From: Zancudomyces culisetae HAW-14-8
Taxonomy: Eukaryota > Fungi > Kickxellomycota
Length of the DNA: 64,000 nt
NCBI GenBank assembly: GCA_052426225.1
Contig: JBNJNM010000014.1
Location: 248,001 to 312,000 of the forward strand
Reading direction: 5' to 3'
Within the stretch, counting starts at the first letter, position 1. The number at the start of each line of letters is the position of its first letter. The translations under genes and the position numbers were made by a program. Of the stretch, positions 59,406 to 64,000 are shown piece by piece. The notes under the pieces are model-generated. The model worked only from the letters and a program-made list of their open reading frames with translations, was not told the DNA's origin and made no database searches.

Positions 59406-62400
59406 ATGAGTAAACAAACGAAAATAACCTTGAACCAACTCACTGAAGAAATTGCCTTTAGAATACTTTCATATACTGGCGATCCTTTTTTATCAACGCT
59501 TACCAATAATTTCTATAATGCTTCGAATAATTTAAAGTTGAGACGTCTCTTAATTAGGAATGCTTGCAAAAAATATATAGCTGATTACAAGTGTTATCGT
59601 GATATGTATGTATACGGCTTATATTGCGAAAGAGTGTATCGGACCTGTGAAATACTCGGCTATGATAGTATTATTGAACCCTGCAATGTACAAGCACTAT
59701 AATTTGAAAAATTGGAAGATTATAAAAACTATCTAGTGTTTCTCAAAAAATATCCATTAATTGCGAAGCACGAAAGAATATCTGTTGGGTTGCTGTCACT
59801 ATTTGATGAAATTCCATACTCAGAATTTTGTGAGTTAGCAATATCACAGAAATGGAATAAAACTGTTGAAAAACTTACCTCATTTTATGTAGTATACGAT
59901 AAAAATGGCAACAAAATTCTATTTGAGAACACATATTTGCTTGAGGGGTACAAATTTGTGATAGAATATGATCGGTACAACACAGAGGATGATTATTTTC
60001 AAAGTATAGCTATCCAGACGAAAGATTACTTAGCAGTTCCTCTGTTCTATGCCCATTTTCAACCGAATCACAAAAAATCCTTGACTTGGCATTTCTCTGA
60101 CAATGTGAAAACTTTCAAACGATGTTTTAACAAAAGTGATGGTTTCATCGAGATGGTTTACTTTTTTGAATATGTTTATAACTCAAAAGCCGAAGAATCA
60201 GATGAAATCAAGCAAATTCTAAAGCTCTATAACTAACCTATTGATACCTCACATATCGAGGAAAAAGATAAAGAGGCCAAAAATCAACTAGAAGGTCTAA
60301 GATTATCTGACAATCTCATCATGGGATATTATCTGGTGCACAAAATCTACAATGCCATTTCACTCAATCGACTTGACATTATGTTGTACATGATAGACAT
60401 TGAGTATAAATTTGATTTTAAATATATAGCCACCGAACTTGGTACCAACGATTTTATGAAAATGAAACTCCAAAAGGTTAATGTACTGACAAAAGAGGTC
60501 GACTTGGGTTTGAACCAGGTGTATCTCTTTTCTATTTACATTTCGATTATAGAAAATCGGCCAGGATTAACAAGAGCTTTGATCAGCCACAAGTTATTTG
60601 AGACCAATAAGGAACTGGTGTTTGATGTGGTTGCAATAACTCACGATATTGATCTTCTCGCTAGCGTATATTTGAGATTGGAGTATTCTAAAGACAAAAT
60701 AAGCACCCTGTTATCAAGAATATATTTATCAGATGATATAGTTCTGTTGATAAAGCTATTGAATGCTGGTGTGAATGTTATTGAACCAGAAAACTATGCT
60801 CTACGAATTGCATGTAGTAACCTTGAGATAAAACTGGTAGAAAGGTTATTTGAAATGGGTGCTACATTGGAGGAAAATGAGAATTGTTGTTTGACTGAAG
60901 TTGTGAGAGACAAGGACTACCAGATCTTGGATCGATTGTTTCCAGGAAAACAAATAACTATATCACCGGACGATAAGGCAGATATTAGCAACTTCAAACA
61001 GATACTAACATTCCTATGTGACCATTGCGAGTTTTTTACTTTTGAAAAAAAGTGTATAGGTTACAAGACAATAGTTGACCTACTTTCCAATGGCGAGATT
61101 AATGATATGCTTGAGAAAATTGATATTGAGTTGAAACTGTTATTCTACAATAAGGAATATAAAAAACATTATAGCTATTTGGTCATATTGAGAGAACTTT
61201 TAGTTTCGATTATAAACAATACACCTGCTATTGCTCAAGCAGAAACGGATCAGAAAGCTAGAATATTAGCAATTATCAATAAAGGAAATCAGTCTAATAA
61301 TGTGAACGACGAGTATTATCAACAAACAATAGAAGAAATAGATGTTTTGAGGCAGAATGTACTAAAAATACTCGTAAACCATGGGCTTGGGGCAAAACAC
61401 GACGGTACAAGTGTGGTACTACAACATGTACCCAAAAAATCTGTAATTTGCAGCCATTTATTAAAAATGGTAGAAATTTTGAAGAACATTGTGACAAGAT
61501 GACTGCAATAGCATGTGAATTCAATGATATTGCGCACTTGAAATATTTGTCGTTTGCAGGAGTTGGTTTCAAAGATATATCTGACTGTATCAAGATAGCA
61601 TGTAGAAACAATAATTTGGAAATTGCAAAACTGTTGCTTAGCAAGGGTGATTCCTTTAATGCTAACGAATGTGGATTTGTACATGCAGTTGAACACAAGA
61701 ACTGTGAGCTGGTAGCTTTATTTCTTGATAATGGGATAGGAGTTTCGTACATCTCACCAAAATTAGCTGAAATGGCTTGTGAACTTAATAGTATAAACTT
61801 AATTTCCACGCTACTTTGCCTTGGTTTCGATATAAAGCAAGATTTGTTCAATGGTCTGGATATTGCCTGTAAAAACAATAATCTTGAAATTGTCAACTTT
61901 TTACTGAAAAAGCGTGTTAATATAAACTATAAAACATTTTGTTGGTTCAAGGATGCCGCTAGTGCTGGAAATATTCAGCTGATACAGGCTCTTGTCGACG
62001 GTGGTGTACGACTATCGTCGGTCAAACCTAGTTTTAATGGACTGTTGGATGCAATCAATAGTAACGACACTGAAGTGTTCAAATTTTTGTCTACTAATGG
62101 TGCAAACCACTCGTGTATTGATAACGAGGCAATTAAAAAAGTGGTTTCCAACCAGAATATTGAAATGTTGAGAATTATAAACACGAAAACTTATGATAAG
62201 CTTCGTTATGCTTCCACTGGCTATTCCGAATTGTTTAGAACGGAAAACAGAGAACTGATTATAGCACTGCTAGAGTACCGCGTCAAATCGATAAATTGTT
62301 GTAAAAGTGGGTTTTATGAAGCGTGTGTTGCAAATGATACACATATAGCTAAGCTTATTTTGAGCGTAGACTCAAGATTATGTGTTAATACTGAAAGGTA

Positions 62401-63224
62401 CTATAAGGTTATTGCAAAGAATGATAATAGAGAGATAATCGATGAAATACTTAAACTAAGTTCCAATGATAATATCGACGATAAGTATAGTATAATACTT
62501 CGAAATATCTGTGAAGTTAACAATATGTGTATGCTCGAATGGCTCCTAAGTAAAGAGTTGAATCTTAGAACATACAAACAGAATGGGATAAAAGAAGCAT
62601 GCCAAAATAATAATCTTGAAATGGTTAGATTGCTGATAAAACATGGCGCTAAACTAGATAATGAAGAATATACCGGAATACCTGAAGCAGCCAGTCACGG
62701 AAATGTCGAGATCATCGAATTACTTCTAGAACATGGCGCGAAAGTTGAGAATACAACGTACAATGGGCTTAGAGAATCACTCAAAAACAACAAATTTGAT
62801 AGCTTTGAAATTTTGATGAATAATAGTGCGTGGATACCTGAACTAGTTCCATATACACGCATCCTCAAAAAAAAAATCACTAATTTTGTCTTTTGTGTTT
62901 GAAAATCCTATTCTGACAAGGAATATTACAAAATTCGTTTTTGATAGGGCTATAAAAACCATAACTTTTGATAAAACTAACAATTCAGGCGGAAGAAATA
63001 CTGTGATACTTGTCGAGTCCTTTATTTTGTTGGAGACATTCCAAGAAAATAGAAAAGATATTGCAGAACTCTTACTGAAATGTGGTTGTAGTTTGGATGG
63101 TGTACTAAATCAGTGTATTATGGCTGCGATCGCATATAAAAATAAATCCCTACTACAGTTGATATTTGATTATAATGATAGTCTAGATGAAACGATAAGA
63201 AATGAACTATTTGCACTTTTATAA
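59406..63224 (+). pseudogene. Disrupted F-box-like/ankyrin-repeat protein gene (about 1270 codons)
   Basis: N-terminal LNQLTEEIAFRILSY (F-box-like); many ankyrin repeats (ACRNNNLEIAKLLLSKG, ACQNNNLEMVRLLIKHGA, AASHGNVEIIELLLEHGA). In-frame TAA at 59700 and 60234; frameshifts near 61450-61500 and at the A10 run 62867-62876. Confidence 0.85.
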
Positions 63225-64000
63225 GTTTATTTTTGTATTTTCTTTATACATTTTTTTAAACTACATTTACTGAAGCTAATAGCAAATAAATACAACAATT
63301 TTCCACTATCAACTTTGTCAATATATTTTGGTCTCAACTATAGAGTATCGCAAAAAAAAAACCACCCAACTGTGCGAAAACGCCGAAGAATTAGATTTTT
63401 GAAACAGAACTCTAAATGCCATTCTGGCTGACCTAGTGACTGTGTAAAGTAATAAAGATTGAGTGATGGAATAATGAATACACTCTACCTGCTTAAACCA
63501 AAATTCAAACTCAAATTCAATTGTTAATATCTGAATCAAAGAGTGCATTTTTTTTACCATAATTTTACGTTTATGATATAGCACAATACGGTTAATGTAC
63601 CATTCTATTCTTGAGGGAAAGACTCAGTGATGTCTCTAAAAAGACAACACGGACTCAGCTTCATAGGCTGTATTTACCTGTCTCGATTCTGTATATTTGC
63701 AGTCTAGCAAAAATGAGCTAGCGAACTGGCTCCAGCAATTAGAAACCGTTTCATTTCTGCATTTACAAGGAATGAGATTCTGGCCAATAAAAATATGATG
63801 AATTAGAAATTGTTCATGGCATTTGAAATTGTGTAATTTCTGGAACTCATTTAGAAATCCAAAATCATAAATGCGGATAGCCTATTATTATACACGAGTC
63901 GTTTAGACAAAAATATATTGTTATTTGGTTCTTATAGCTCAGTGAAATTATTTCTTTTCAAGGTTGGTTTAAACCGATGCGAATTCACAAAACTAAGAAA

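Noticed and set aside
59700-60236. In-frame TAA codons as a sign of stop-codon reassignment
   Set aside because: TAA terminates conserved genes here (RPL30, HAM1, TMA46), and the same gene also has frameshifts.
63318-64000. Possible degenerate coding or transposon remnant at the window end
   Set aside because: No supportable motif in any frame.

Overview
AT-rich eukaryotic DNA with spliceosomal GT-AG introns and a fungal gene set. Composition, the F-box/ankyrin family and the gene repertoire suggest an early-diverging fungus, possibly a Harpellales insect-gut fungus (inference). A housekeeping core holds RPL30, RRD2/PTPA, a UBE2E-type E2, HAM1, a copper-fist transcription factor, a PWWP protein, a CLIP-170-like protein, TMA46, RBG1, VAS1, MEF1, a TAF2-bromodomain fusion, VPS8 and a catalytically degenerate REX exonuclease. 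This core is bracketed by a near-identical inverted duplication of at least 3 kb (1-3047 vs 55229-58272). Each copy carries a tRNA-Asp/tRNA-Glu pair 9 nt apart and a degenerate BRD7/9-like bromodomain gene. The left flank also has a Ty3/Gypsy integrase remnant interrupted by a 778-bp solo LTR with a 5-bp TSD, and an intron-containing tRNA-Tyr. The right flank has a disrupted F-box/ankyrin gene. Most notable: (i) the two subunits of the Rbg1-Tma46 (DRG1-DFRP1) ribosome-associated complex are adjacent and co-oriented inside a run of four translation genes; (ii) the inverted repeats could make the ~52-kb core invertible; (iii) there is a probable dicistronic tRNA-Asp-Glu unit; (iv) purine/pyrimidine strand skew flips inside genes and appears to shape protein composition. 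All calls were made by eye, without database searches.
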